A stretch of DNA of 64,000 bases from Candidatus Bathyarchaeota archaeon (GCA_963815095.1 CAWFFH010000003.1:832001-896000), one strand, 5' to 3'. Positions 31,674 through 41,722 are shown, numbered from the stretch's first letter. Translations and numbers: made by a program. The notes: generated by a model from the sequence alone, not told the origin.

Positions 31674-32107
31674 CTAGAATTGAAAGAACCCTTGAAATTA
31701 ATGCATAACCAGAAAAAATCTTTGGTCTTCTAAATTGGGAAAACAGTGTTCAATGGTATTCAGCGTTTAAGACAGTTCAGCGTACTTCTACAATTAAGAA
31801 TGCTGTAGGCGAAACTGTTCATATAATTGGCGAAGTTGCTGGCACTAAAGCGGAATGGGATGGAGAGACAACTGAATCAGTGGAGAATGTAAGGCATGCC
31901 TGGCGTTCAATAGGTGGAAGCTTTACTGGTTTTGGATCCTTTAATCTCGCCCCGACTGACAACGGAACTAAAGTGTCAATGATGATGGATTATGAGTTAC
32001 CCTACTCCATTTTTGGCAAACTGTTGGATAAGCTGAAGTTCCAAAAAGCATTCGAGAAAACTATCGAAGAAGGATTAGCAAGGCTGAAAGAAATAACTGA
32101 AAAATAA
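31670..32107 (+). pseudogene. SRPBCC/START-like protein with ATA start and in-frame TAA at 31706
   Basis: GGAGGTGA RBS then (I)TRIERTLEINA*PEKIF..W..GTKV..DYELP..GKLLD..GLARLKE. Confidence 0.75.
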
Positions 32108-32164
32108 AAGGCACATACCATCTACAATTTTTTTATTGGTAAACGGTAAACGTGAGGAACGACA

Positions 32165-32512
32165 GTGGAAAAAGAACTGATGACAAAGCTCTTAACCAAA
32201 AATGGTCTTGCAGTACACGAAGTAGCAGTCTATATGTATCTTGCCCTAAATGGGCCAAAAACAGCAATTGAAATAGCCAATTCCCTAGAAATATACAGAA
32301 GAAAAATCTATCGAACTCTCAAAAAACTCTCGCAAATGGAATTTGTAACAAGCACCACAAATTTTCCATCAACGTTTGCCGCTGTCTCCTTCGATAAAGC
32401 CTTTGACCAATTTACAAAAGCAAACGCCGATGAAGCAGACCGTCTAGAACAAGAAAAAGAAAAAATTTTAGCATTCTGGAAGAGTAAACTCAATCAACTT
32501 ATGGATCGCTAA
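32165..32512 (+). CDS. TrmB-type HTH protein (DNA-binding domain only)
   Basis: GL..EVAVYMYL..GPKTAIEIA..IYRTLKKL..FV..P..F.AV. Confidence 0.8.
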   Translation: MEKELMTKLLTKNGLAVHEVAVYMYLALNGPKTAIEIANSLEIYRRKIYRTLKKLSQMEFVTSTTNFPSTFAAVSFDKAFDQFTKANADEADRLEQEKEKILAFWKSKLNQLMDR

Positions 32513-32528
32513 CTCATTTTTGCTTCTC

Positions 32529-34571
32529 CTACTTTGGCGGATAAAACTCTATGATAACATCTCTGCCAAAAGCCCCATCAGTGCCAGGTCCAGAATACTT
32601 CGACTTAGGATGGAGAAATGTAACAAATGCCTCAAGGATATTGCCTTCAGTTTTTAGCAAGTACCCTGAAGGGATAATCGCACGGTAGGCATTTGTTTTA
32701 ATGTCGCCATAGCCTTCAAATTGTAAGCAAGAAGGCGGAATCGCATGTTTCCCGTACAGAAGAGTTATTGGAATTGTCCATCCCACAAACAATGTGTTGC
32801 CATGTATGCAGGCTTCAAGCTCATTTTTCTTGATTAATTGAAGGTTCTCTTTGGCTGGGGTTCCTTCGAGTGCTTTTCTCCAAAAATCCATAGACTTAGG
32901 ATTGTCTGTTATAACGGCACAGGGAACGAAGGCTTCGCCATCGAGAGTTTTAAGCCAAAGATGTACAATCATCGCATCTTCCGCTCCATAAGTTGAATGC
33001 TTCTCTATATGGTATGTATGGAACAGGGTGACTGGGAGATTGAATTGGCTGGGTGGATGAATAATTGCTTGCCCATTAACGGTATAAAAGGTAACTATGT
33101 CAGTTTCTGCTGGCGCATGTAGGTTTTTTTGGGCATTAATAATTTTTTCTATAACTGATTTCTCAGTCAGATTTTTTGAAGCTTCCAAATCTTCCATCAC
33201 AGTGTGCTTGAGCATTTTTTTGGTTGCCTTGTACACTACATGGTCTGAGGCAGATGCAATAGTGGCACCCGCAATGGAATCCAACGTTATGACTGAGGGT
33301 GCCTGAGCCTTCTTCCACATTTCCTCAAGCATTTTACTGGTTTTACCAACATGCTCAAGTTCACTCGTGTAGAAAATATCTTCAAACCTCGGCGCTTTCT
33401 CGTTATCAACAGAAATTTCAAATTGGAAGAGATACTTGCCATCAACCACGGTGGTTCCCAAGTAACCGTTTGAAACGTGCCTAATTTCTCCATAATTAGA
33501 TAGTTCTTGTACAGTTTCAAAGTTTCTTCTTGTTATGGGGGCCATGATTCTGGTAAATACGCCTGCCTTCTTCCAGGCTACAAGCTCGGCAGCGTGAAGC
33601 TCCATTAAACCGTCCACTGAAGTCACTATGACAATTTCTTTCTTGGCAGAATCTAATGTTTCTGAATACTTTTTGCGCGCAGCTTCCGGGTTTTTGATTA
33701 TGCCCGTCTGGACCGGTGATTTACCTGTCTCTATTTCGGATATTCGCAGATAGATATCGCGTGAATTCTGCCAAAGATCTTCAAAGACCCCTGTGAAGGT
33801 CTGAACTAAAGATTTGCAGTTTGTCCAAAGACAAACATTATCCTCGACGGATAGGTCTTCGATTCGGGGTCGAATAAAAAAGAGTGTCTCATCGTCATCT
33901 TTTATTATTAACTCGGGTGAGAGGGTTGAATGTAAATCGGGGTTTCTGCCCCTGAAGTTGAAGCCTGTTCGAGACATTTTTTTAAGTATGTTTTTGGTAG
34001 GGGTGAGGTTTTTGCTTGAGAACTCTGTTAGGAAACGGAATTGTATCTGTGTTTTAAGTGGGTGTTTGGAGGCGACGTCAAAGAGTCCTTCTTGTTCAGC
34101 TCTTAAGAGGTTCTGTATTGTTGTTATTGCGGAGAGCTGCGTTTTGCTTTCTGTTACCATCTGTGAGATTTTGGCATTTACTTTTTTTCTTCCATCGATT
34201 ACGATAAACTTTTCAACCTGTTGTGGGACTTCTTTTTTGTTTAGGGTTTTCCAGTATGTGAGGACTTCTTGTTTAGTTTTTTCTATTCTTTGGGCTTCGT
34301 TTCGTTTTGCTTGGATTAGCGAGTCGACTATTTCTCCCAGTGGAACAGGTATGTATCGGACGGGGGATTCTAAAGTTGTTTCCACTAATCCTTTGGTTTG
34401 GAGGCTTTTGAGTAAATGGTAGATTTGAGCTTTGTCCTTTTTTGTCTGTCGAGAAATTTCTGTGCCCTTTGAAAGCGGATATCTGGACAGATAGAGGTAG
34501 ATTTCCATCTCAGTCTCTGTTATGTTAAGATTCTTTAACATTTTTTTTAGTTCATCTTCACCCAAAAACAC
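32529..34571 (-). CDS. Large TrmB-family transcription regulator with tandem effector domains
   Basis: N-terminal TrmB HTH (IYHLLKSLQTKGLVETTLESP); two PLD-like effector repeats ending FEDLWQNS and LEEMWKKA. Confidence 0.85.
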   Translation of the reverse strand: MFLGEDELKKMLKNLNITETEMEIYLYLSRYPLSKGTEISRQTKKDKAQIYHLLKSLQTKGLVETTLESPVRYIPVPLGEIVDSLIQAKRNEAQRIEKTKQEVLTYWKTLNKKEVPQQVEKFIVIDGRKKVNAKISQMVTESKTQLSAITTIQNLLRAEQEGLFDVASKHPLKTQIQFRFLTEFSSKNLTPTKNILKKMSRTGFNFRGRNPDLHSTLSPELIIKDDDETLFFIRPRIEDLSVEDNVCLWTNCKSLVQTFTGVFEDLWQNSRDIYLRISEIETGKSPVQTGIIKNPEAARKKYSETLDSAKKEIVIVTSVDGLMELHAAELVAWKKAGVFTRIMAPITRRNFETVQELSNYGEIRHVSNGYLGTTVVDGKYLFQFEISVDNEKAPRFEDIFYTSELEHVGKTSKMLEEMWKKAQAPSVITLDSIAGATIASASDHVVYKATKKMLKHTVMEDLEASKNLTEKSVIEKIINAQKNLHAPAETDIVTFYTVNGQAIIHPPSQFNLPVTLFHTYHIEKHSTYGAEDAMIVHLWLKTLDGEAFVPCAVITDNPKSMDFWRKALEGTPAKENLQLIKKNELEACIHGNTLFVGWTIPITLLYGKHAIPPSCLQFEGYGDIKTNAYRAIIPSGYLLKTEGNILEAFVTFLHPKSKYSGPGTDGAFGRDVIIEFYPPK

Positions 34572-34587
34572 TGCCCCCTGACCTAGG

Positions 34588-34605
34588 GTGACATCGATTT
34601 GTCAC
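34588..34605. promoter_or_regulatory. GTGACA-N6-TGTCAC palindrome in leader of TrmB regulator (putative auto-operator)
   Basis: GTGACATCGATTTGTCAC lies between AT-rich promoter region and start codon. Confidence 0.55.
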
Positions 34606-34771
34606 AGTAATTCCAATTTAAATCAAAGAACTATATTTTGTATTCGCAAAATCAAAATTAAAAAATGAAACTTTCACAAACGTAAAACGGCATCTTTGCT
34701 TAAAAAATGTTCAAAAAGCTTTTCAGCTAACAAACACATCGATAATTCTAAGGAGAGTTGAGTTGGAATCT

Positions 34772-34984
34772 ATGCCTGCTCCCACTGTAAAAGATGGCAA
34801 ATGGTCTAAAGAACGTGAAAGAACAAAATCTGGAAGATGGCGAAAAAAACGTTCTGACGCAAATCAACCCAGACAGAAAAAATCGAACCGAAAGTACGCT
34901 ATCGCTATCGTAGCCGCAGGCATAATCGTCGTAGCCTTAATTGTGATTTACTTTTATTTCCCTAACCTGCTAAAATTGCAATAG
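34772..34984 (+). CDS. Small basic protein with C-terminal TM anchor
   Basis: RTKSGRWRKKRSDA basic region plus TM; AGGAG RBS. Confidence 0.6.
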   Translation: MPAPTVKDGKWSKERERTKSGRWRKKRSDANQPRQKKSNRKYAIAIVAAGIIVVALIVIYFYFPNLLKLQ

Positions 34985-35321
34985 CAAACTGAACAATAAA
35001 TAACGATTCACGCGTGTTTTTTATTTTTTAATAGTTCGTAGGAGGTAAGTTCGGTAAGTCTCAGCCTTATTTGCAAAAAAGTTTGTTGATGCGTTATTTT
35101 CAGGCTTATTCAAATCAATTTTGCTCTCTTATTCATTGCAGTTTGAACCCAATTGGGTACAAATCCCGCCCGATCTATAATTTACGGTAAGTGTAAGCCT
35201 TGGAATTCAGGCGAATAGAATTCCAATTTGGTTAAAAAGAAAACAAAGCCAAAAAGTTCCTTGCGCTCTGAATATTTTTTACGATGGTCAGTACATTGAT
35301 ATGTACCAATATTTGAATTGA

Positions 35322-35579
35322 CTATAAATGGTCACCAAACCATTTTATAAACCATTTTTCTCTTGCTAATGTTCTCTCGTTCATAGCTTCACAGGTTGCT
35401 TTCCAATCAGGGTTTTCATATTCCGTATTAACCCATTTTTCTGTGAAAGGCGGCATTTCTTTTTTGACTTCATCTAAAATCTGTTTTATCTTAGCATTTG
35501 CAAGTTCAGGAGTACTGTACCCTTTATAAGATAATTGTTCAATTGGAATTAATTCTTCATAAAGTCTGCCTTTGCTCAT
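35322..35579 (-). CDS. Hypothetical protein
   Basis: ATG with GAGG RBS; 85 aa; no recognised motif. Confidence 0.55.
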   Translation of the reverse strand: MSKGRLYEELIPIEQLSYKGYSTPELANAKIKQILDEVKKEMPPFTEKWVNTEYENPDWKATCEAMNERTLAREKWFIKWFGDHL

Positions 35580-36150
35580 ATTTTTGCGCCTCTTTTCCCT
35601 TATCTGTTTAAAATGATTTTAAGCATTTGTATTTATTCTTGCTCTATATCCACAGTCTTTCGAATGCCCTTTACTGGTATCCAAATGTAAATTAGGTAAT
35701 GCACAAAAATTTTTACGTGCTTAAACACAGATCGTGAAGATTTGGCAGAAGGGTCGAGAAAGCCTTTTAACAGTTTCTTTTGAGGCTCTGATTTTTCCTA
35801 AACTGCCGTTTTGCGCTGGCTTATCCCTAAATGTGTTATTTTTTGGTTCATGAGTCTATCTTGTGGTTTCTGTGAACCAGAGTTAGTTCGGACTGCATTT
35901 GCAGCGAAGGTTAATGTTATAAGTCAATTTGTAGTCGCAAAAGAAAGGAACTTTTACAACAGCAGGTTTGATATCGACCCACTATAATTCTAAACTCACA
36001 CAAGTTTTCCGAAATATTATAAATGCTACTTTTTTTAGTGATGTTACTCTTTTATTTATTTTAGACCTAACGCCCTTACACATAGATTAACCTGTTAACT
36101 ATGACCAATAATCCCGAATGAAAACTACGATCTTTTTTCAGGTCGGCAAA

Positions 36151-37029
36151 TTAGATTTTAAATAGTGATTCGCTGACTAATCTGGCGATATCATTTGGCT
36201 TCTCAGCAATCTTAACTCCAGCGGTTAAAAACGCTTCAATTTTGCTGTGTGCAGTACCTTGCTTACCCGTAATTATTGCTCCTGCATGTCCCATTCGTTT
36301 GCCAATTGGCGCAAATTTGCCAGCCACATAAGCTACAACAGGCTTAGGATAATGATTTTTAGCCAAGTATTCTGCGGTTTGCTCTTCCATATTGCCGCCG
36401 ATTTCGCCAATTAAAACCACAGCTTTTGTCTTTGCATCTTCTTTGAAAAGTTTCAATGCATCAATAAAATTCAAGCCAACCACAGGATCTCCCCCCACGC
36501 CAAAGCAGGTTGACTCTCCCAAACCTTTGACTTTTAGGCCAGCAGCTATTTCATAGGCTAAGGTGCCGCTTCTAGAGACCAAACCAACATCGCCTGGGCT
36601 AAAAATGTCGGAAGGCATTATGCCAAGTTTACACTCTGCGGGCGTAATGATTCCAGGCGTGTTTGGACCAATAATAGAAATGTTCGATTGAGCCGCGTTG
36701 GCGAGTATGTTTATTGAATCTTTTATTGGAATATGCTCAGTGATTACGACAATAGTTTTGATTTTGTTTGCAGTAGCTTCCAGTACTGCATCTTGAGTAT
36801 TTTTTGCAGGAACAAAAACGATCGAGGCATCAGGCGAATATGAATCAACTGCCTCTTCCACTGTATCGAAAACTGGCAGTCCCTCAATTGTATTCCCTCC
36901 CTTTCCGGGAGAGACGCCTGCTAATATTTTCGTGCCATAATCGAGCATTAGTTTAGTTTGGTAACTGCCTTGTTTTCCAGTGACTCCTTGAACAATTGCT
37001 CTTGTGCTTGCACCAATTAGAATTCCCAT
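36151..37029 (-). CDS. sucD: Succinyl-CoA synthetase alpha subunit
   Basis: QGVTGKQG, IGPNTPG, SRSGTL, GEIGG, MGHAGA phospho-His. Confidence 0.95.
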   Translation of the reverse strand: MGILIGASTRAIVQGVTGKQGSYQTKLMLDYGTKILAGVSPGKGGNTIEGLPVFDTVEEAVDSYSPDASIVFVPAKNTQDAVLEATANKIKTIVVITEHIPIKDSINILANAAQSNISIIGPNTPGIITPAECKLGIMPSDIFSPGDVGLVSRSGTLAYEIAAGLKVKGLGESTCFGVGGDPVVGLNFIDALKLFKEDAKTKAVVLIGEIGGNMEEQTAEYLAKNHYPKPVVAYVAGKFAPIGKRMGHAGAIITGKQGTAHSKIEAFLTAGVKIAEKPNDIARLVSESLFKI

Positions 37030-38177
37030 TACTGTTTTGCTCCTTCCGCAAACTTTACCGCCTGTTTAGCTGCTTCTTCCATGCTATCCAAAGAAGTTAT
37101 TCCTGCGTCGGCGAGAATTTTTAGACCTTCCTTTTCGTTTGTTCCAACAAGCCTAACTGCCAAAGGCTTTTTGACCTTGACATCTTTGACGGCTTCAATT
37201 ATGCCTCTTGCAACCTCTTCACAACGAGTTATTCCGCCCAACACATTAACCAGTACAGATTTGGAATCTGGATCTTCAAGGACAATTCGAAGGGCAACTC
37301 TGATAGCTTCCACGTCTGCGCCGCCGCCGATATCTAAAAAATCTGCTGGTTTGCCTCCATAGTAATTTAGCAAATCAAGAGTTGCCATTACCAAGCCCGC
37401 GCCATTGCCAACTACGCCTATGTTACCGTCAAGTTTGACATAAGCCACCTTGTTCTTTAAAGCCAAAGTCTCCATCGACGAGAGCGCTTGAGGTTCTTTA
37501 AGCTCGTATTCGGGATGCCTAAAGAGGGCGTTGTCATCGATTATCATTCGAGCATCGGCAGCCACAAAACTCGTCGTCTCTGTCTCTATTAAGGGATTGA
37601 TTTCAGCCATTTCAGCATCGTTTTCTATGGCAGCTTGGTATAGTTTCTGTATGATACTTGATAATTCCGCAAGTTGATCGCCGCCATAACCTAATTTTTT
37701 CGCAATCGATAATGCATCAAAGGAACGAAATCCGGATTGAGCATCAACAGGGGCGCGGACGATGGCTTGCGGAGTTTTTTCTGATAATTCCTCAATATCC
37801 ATGCCACCCCTTTTAGAAGCTAACATAACATAGCAACGGTTGAATCTATCAACAGTAAAACCTGCGTACAGTTCTTTTTTGGCTGCAAGTTTTTCTTCTA
37901 TTAACACTTTCATAACGAGAACATTCTTTATTTTGGTTTCTAGAAGTCGGGTTACAGCATCTTGCGCATCATGGATTGAGTTGGCAGGAATTATCCCACC
38001 TGCTTTTCCTCTTCCGCTGACAGGAACCTGAGCCTTAATCATGTAAGGAGGCTTTAAGTTATTCAAAGCTGAAACGGTCTGATTGGAGTCAGAGATTAGA
38101 ATTCCCTTTGGAATCGGAATCCCATAATTATGCAGAATTTGCTTTGCTTCAAACTCACTTAAGTTCAAAATTATCAA
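37029..38177 (-). CDS. sucC: Succinyl-CoA synthetase beta subunit
   Basis: KAQV..GRGKAGG, EINPL, GNGAGLVMAT, FLDIGGG, RLVGTN. Confidence 0.95.
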   Translation of the reverse strand: MIILNLSEFEAKQILHNYGIPIPKGILISDSNQTVSALNNLKPPYMIKAQVPVSGRGKAGGIIPANSIHDAQDAVTRLLETKIKNVLVMKVLIEEKLAAKKELYAGFTVDRFNRCYVMLASKRGGMDIEELSEKTPQAIVRAPVDAQSGFRSFDALSIAKKLGYGGDQLAELSSIIQKLYQAAIENDAEMAEINPLIETETTSFVAADARMIIDDNALFRHPEYELKEPQALSSMETLALKNKVAYVKLDGNIGVVGNGAGLVMATLDLLNYYGGKPADFLDIGGGADVEAIRVALRIVLEDPDSKSVLVNVLGGITRCEEVARGIIEAVKDVKVKKPLAVRLVGTNEKEGLKILADAGITSLDSMEEAAKQAVKFAEGAKQ

Positions 38178-38313
38178 TAATACTTTACAGTTTGGAAGAT
38201 AAGAATTTTTTTGGTTTAGCTGGCATGTTCCCGGGAGCGTTAATTCAACCGGATGGTAACTCTACGCTTATCAGATTGAAATTCATATAAACACAATTCA
38301 ATCAGATAAAAAA

Positions 38314-39099
38314 ATGAGTTGCAAAGAAAAAATGTATGTTTCCCAAATCAGGAGTACATCAGATGTCGATTTCGTGTTCCCTGCTGATTTTTCTTTCTTT
38401 GAACCTTATCTTAATTATCATATCAAAGAGATTCTTGAAATAGGCGGCGAAGCCTATGTGTCCCGAACCTCTGATGGTACTATTTCAGGTATTTTCATAT
38501 ACGACGACTTTGAGAAAGGAGGAACAATTTATTCAAAGTCACAAGAAGTTTTTGACTATTTTTATGGCTTAAAACAGTTCAATTTTCTCTTCTCAGAGCT
38601 GAAAACTGAACTCGAAAATGAAATCTATGACCTCTATACGGTAGATATTGAACATCTTGCCCTTGCTCATCGATTCAGCTATGAAATTTCAACGATAGAC
38701 AAGGGGCGCGAAGAAGAGATTGAGCGATTCATGGTTTTAACCCATCCAGGAATAAACAAGAAGTGGGTGAATGTTGCACTGAAAAACGGAGAAAAATGTT
38801 ACATTGTTAGGCTAAACAACGAAATTGCTGGGTTGGGTTGGGTCTCACTTGTCAATGGTATTGGAAGACTGCACTCGCTTTATGTGAAACCTCAATATCG
38901 AAGAATAGGCATGGGAGAAGATATCCTCAATGCGCGACTTCTCTGGCTCAAGTCAAACCATGCCCGTTCAGCATTCACTGAAATTTCATGCTATAACATC
39001 CCGTCTTCAAATAATGTCATGAAAGCGCAAATGAAGTTGTCTGGACAGGTTTACCAATATTTTAAAAAGAAACAAACAAAAAAGATTGATAATGTCTAG
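38314..39099 (+). CDS. GNAT N-acetyltransferase (C-terminal GNAT domain)
   Basis: LYVKPQYRRIGMG acetyl-CoA motif A; N..S motif B. Confidence 0.8.
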   Translation: MSCKEKMYVSQIRSTSDVDFVFPADFSFFEPYLNYHIKEILEIGGEAYVSRTSDGTISGIFIYDDFEKGGTIYSKSQEVFDYFYGLKQFNFLFSELKTELENEIYDLYTVDIEHLALAHRFSYEISTIDKGREEEIERFMVLTHPGINKKWVNVALKNGEKCYIVRLNNEIAGLGWVSLVNGIGRLHSLYVKPQYRRIGMGEDILNARLLWLKSNHARSAFTEISCYNIPSSNNVMKAQMKLSGQVYQYFKKKQTKKIDNV

Positions 39100-40160
39100 G
39101 TTCTTGGTGCTCCGCAAATTGGACAGGTCTCAACTGTTGAATCTATTAGAGCTCCACAGTAGCGGCACTTAACCTTCACAACTTCCTTAATCACAATCTG
39201 CTGCACTGGCGGTTGCTTAGGAGTCAGATTGAAATTCTCTGGAGGAGGTCCTGGCGGAGGAGGCATCTGTTGGTAGGGATGTTGGGGAAGCGTTTTTCTT
39301 CCACTTCTTGAAATTGCCAAAATCAGAACTACGATAAAAACAACTGCTACGAGGAATATGGCTGCTCCGACAATGTAAGCAAGATTGGGAATTAGAATGG
39401 GTGTGGTTATTGTGATGCTTGCGGCTGGTGTGGGTGTTTCTACGTTTGTACTATTTGGGGAAGCAGCAGTTAATTGATAGCTAGTTGAAGTCACATACAG
39501 GTTTTCGGTGTAAGTGAACCCTGTTCCTGAAGGAGTGGTATCGTGTTCGTCATAGGTATATCCAACGATATATCCTGTGGATGGATCAAAGTAGACTTTC
39601 CATGTATAGGTGGCACTGAATTGTCCGTATATATCATTTCGCTCGTAACTCGACTGCCCTTGAGCAAAGATCACATTCACATTTCTGGTCTGAGAGGGCA
39701 AATAGTAGCTGTAATTTGTGGATATGACTGTCATCTCTGTGTTCAAAAGAGAAAAAGTACCGCCTACCGTGATTGAGTTATCCATAACGAACCAAACAGT
39801 CGGGTTAACATATCCAGTCTGATCATCAGTGCCGTTAACATAAAGAAAAGTTGTCGGTGAAAAGGTGAAGTCTCCAGACGGATTCCCAGTTTCTGTAGTA
39901 CCTGAGCTGTTACTCCATGAATAGGAATAACTATAGTGCGCAGATACAGTTCCATCGGTATTGACGCCATTTATTGTTTCTACTCCGTTATACGTAGCAT
40001 GTTCGGTGTAACCAGTGTAATCGCCGGTGCCGCTTCCAAGATCTGTAACTTCATAATAGCTGAAGTGATCTTCGACATGGGGGACATAAGCTGAGGCTAC
40101 AGGAGCGACAAAAAGACCTATGAACAGTAAAATTATAGCAAAAAAGTACTTTGAATTCAT
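39096..40160 (-). CDS. Single-pass membrane protein with extracellular beta-domain, Pro-rich linker and cytoplasmic zinc ribbon
   Basis: Signal peptide; YFDPSTGYIV; TM; PPPPGPPP; VKCRYCG..CPICGA. Confidence 0.75.
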   Translation of the reverse strand: MNSKYFFAIILLFIGLFVAPVASAYVPHVEDHFSYYEVTDLGSGTGDYTGYTEHATYNGVETINGVNTDGTVSAHYSYSYSWSNSSGTTETGNPSGDFTFSPTTFLYVNGTDDQTGYVNPTVWFVMDNSITVGGTFSLLNTEMTVISTNYSYYLPSQTRNVNVIFAQGQSSYERNDIYGQFSATYTWKVYFDPSTGYIVGYTYDEHDTTPSGTGFTYTENLYVTSTSYQLTAASPNSTNVETPTPAASITITTPILIPNLAYIVGAAIFLVAVVFIVVLILAISRSGRKTLPQHPYQQMPPPPGPPPENFNLTPKQPPVQQIVIKEVVKVKCRYCGALIDSTVETCPICGAPRT

Positions 40161-41722
40161 CCCATGAAACCTCCTACACCATGAACATGGGCAGGATGAT
40201 ACCCGCCGATGCCGCTAAATGTTGAATGGTAAGATGAATGCGCAATGATCAAAGGCGCATAGTAGAAGAAGAATACGTTTCTTGGGACATAAGTGAACTG
40301 CACTGGAGTCTTCACAATAGTTGCGGTTGGATCAAGTTGCTTGACGAGTTCATTTCTTATTCCATGAATCATCCTAACTGCAAGACTTACCACTTCCGAT
40401 CGTTCAAGATCTCTAACATAAGATCCCAACAAAAAAGAGGCCTTTTCCATCAAATCAAGAATCTCATTAGCTTCAAGAGTTGAAATTGAAGCAAGTATTG
40501 CAGAAGCCACAAGAGGATACTCCAGATAATTTCTAAGCCCACTCTCAATTATTGTTAACTTCGACCTCACATTTTCTGGTCCCAAATCTGAAATCGCTAA
40601 ATAAGCTGAAGCAAGTTCGGTATCTTCTGATACCTCGAACCCCCAGGAATTGAAAAGCAATCGGAATGATTGGAACCTGCTAGCCAACTGGTCCATAGGT
40701 ACATTAAAAATAGCGAGTATTGCAGCTGACTCATACGAAGAAGTCATTTTGGAAAACTCCCCAAATCGGTCCGTTGGAAAAGTCCCATCATATCTACGCC
40801 CAAACAAGATAGTAGCAGCAACGCCTGCTGAAAGCGGATTTGGAACGTGCGCATCATGCCTAAGCTGGTGATCTAGTTTAGTTAAAGTTTCCGACAAGTT
40901 CTGAAGATCAGAATTTGTCGCTGTTTGAGAGGGATCTGCCCTAGATGAAGCCATAATTTCGCCTGCCATCATCTTATTTTCAAGAGTGCAATCAAAATGC
41001 TTGAGAAGATCGAGTGCAAAAAGAAATCTTTGACCAATTTGATTTGGGTCACCTTGAAGCTTAGCCAAACCTATCGATACGCTCCAGAGCTGAGAAAGAT
41101 CCATTTCTGGGAAACTAACTTTCAAATTAGATACATGATAGCTGCTTATCTCCGCTATGGACCGCAATTCGCCGAACGTACCCTGTATTTCTTCAACAAA
41201 TTCGGAAAATTCCTCATCAGAAACCCTGTAATTTCTCACGATAAGATCGTTTAGAATCATTACTCCAATACCAGTGAGGGACAAATATTTTCCGTCATAT
41301 GGTACCATCCTGTCAAGTTTCGATTTCTTTTTAATTAGCTCGTTAATCGCGTTTTCCCTTCCAATTACCTCAGCTTCCATTTTTGAGACTAGAATTTTTT
41401 CGCTTTCTACTTTATTCCTTTCATCTTCTTTCTTCTCTTTGTCTTCAAAAAGAAATGTTATTGAATGGGTTTTTTTCTCATCTTCTTGTAGAGCTGCCTT
41501 TGCGCTTCTGTCAGCGTTCTGAGCATTTACTAAATCTGTAGTCATCTGGGTCAAGTTTGAAAGTTCAGCAGCTGCATGATCATACTCTTCTTTTTCCATT
41601 ACAGAAAGATACTCTTTGCTGCTGAGAAAATCCAGGTCGGAAGATTGAATTTGCATCGAAACGGATTTTTGAGAAATTTGAGATAAGAACATCCTTATGT
41701 CGTTGCATTTCATTTCAATCAT
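40157..41722 (-). CDS. Hypothetical coiled-coil/alpha-helical protein with His/Gly-rich C-terminal tail
   Basis: 521-aa ORF with ATGA overlaps on both sides; ends HSSYHSTFSGIGGYHPAHVHGVGGFMG. Confidence 0.7.
   Translation of the reverse strand: MIEMKCNDIRMFLSQISQKSVSMQIQSSDLDFLSSKEYLSVMEKEEYDHAAAELSNLTQMTTDLVNAQNADRSAKAALQEDEKKTHSITFLFEDKEKKEDERNKVESEKILVSKMEAEVIGRENAINELIKKKSKLDRMVPYDGKYLSLTGIGVMILNDLIVRNYRVSDEEFSEFVEEIQGTFGELRSIAEISSYHVSNLKVSFPEMDLSQLWSVSIGLAKLQGDPNQIGQRFLFALDLLKHFDCTLENKMMAGEIMASSRADPSQTATNSDLQNLSETLTKLDHQLRHDAHVPNPLSAGVAATILFGRRYDGTFPTDRFGEFSKMTSSYESAAILAIFNVPMDQLASRFQSFRLLFNSWGFEVSEDTELASAYLAISDLGPENVRSKLTIIESGLRNYLEYPLVASAILASISTLEANEILDLMEKASFLLGSYVRDLERSEVVSLAVRMIHGIRNELVKQLDPTATIVKTPVQFTYVPRNVFFFYYAPLIIAHSSYHSTFSGIGGYHPAHVHGVGGFMG

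Noticed and set aside
3677-31708. Possible stop-codon reassignment (in-frame stops in flippase, terL and SRPBCC)
   Set aside because: The stops are of mixed type (TAA, TGA, TAA), and TAA, TAG and TGA all terminate clearly intact genes in this window
20772-36100. Intact provirus
   Set aside because: No portal, capsid, tail, replication or integrase gene recognisable; neighbours are cellular-type regulators and enzymes
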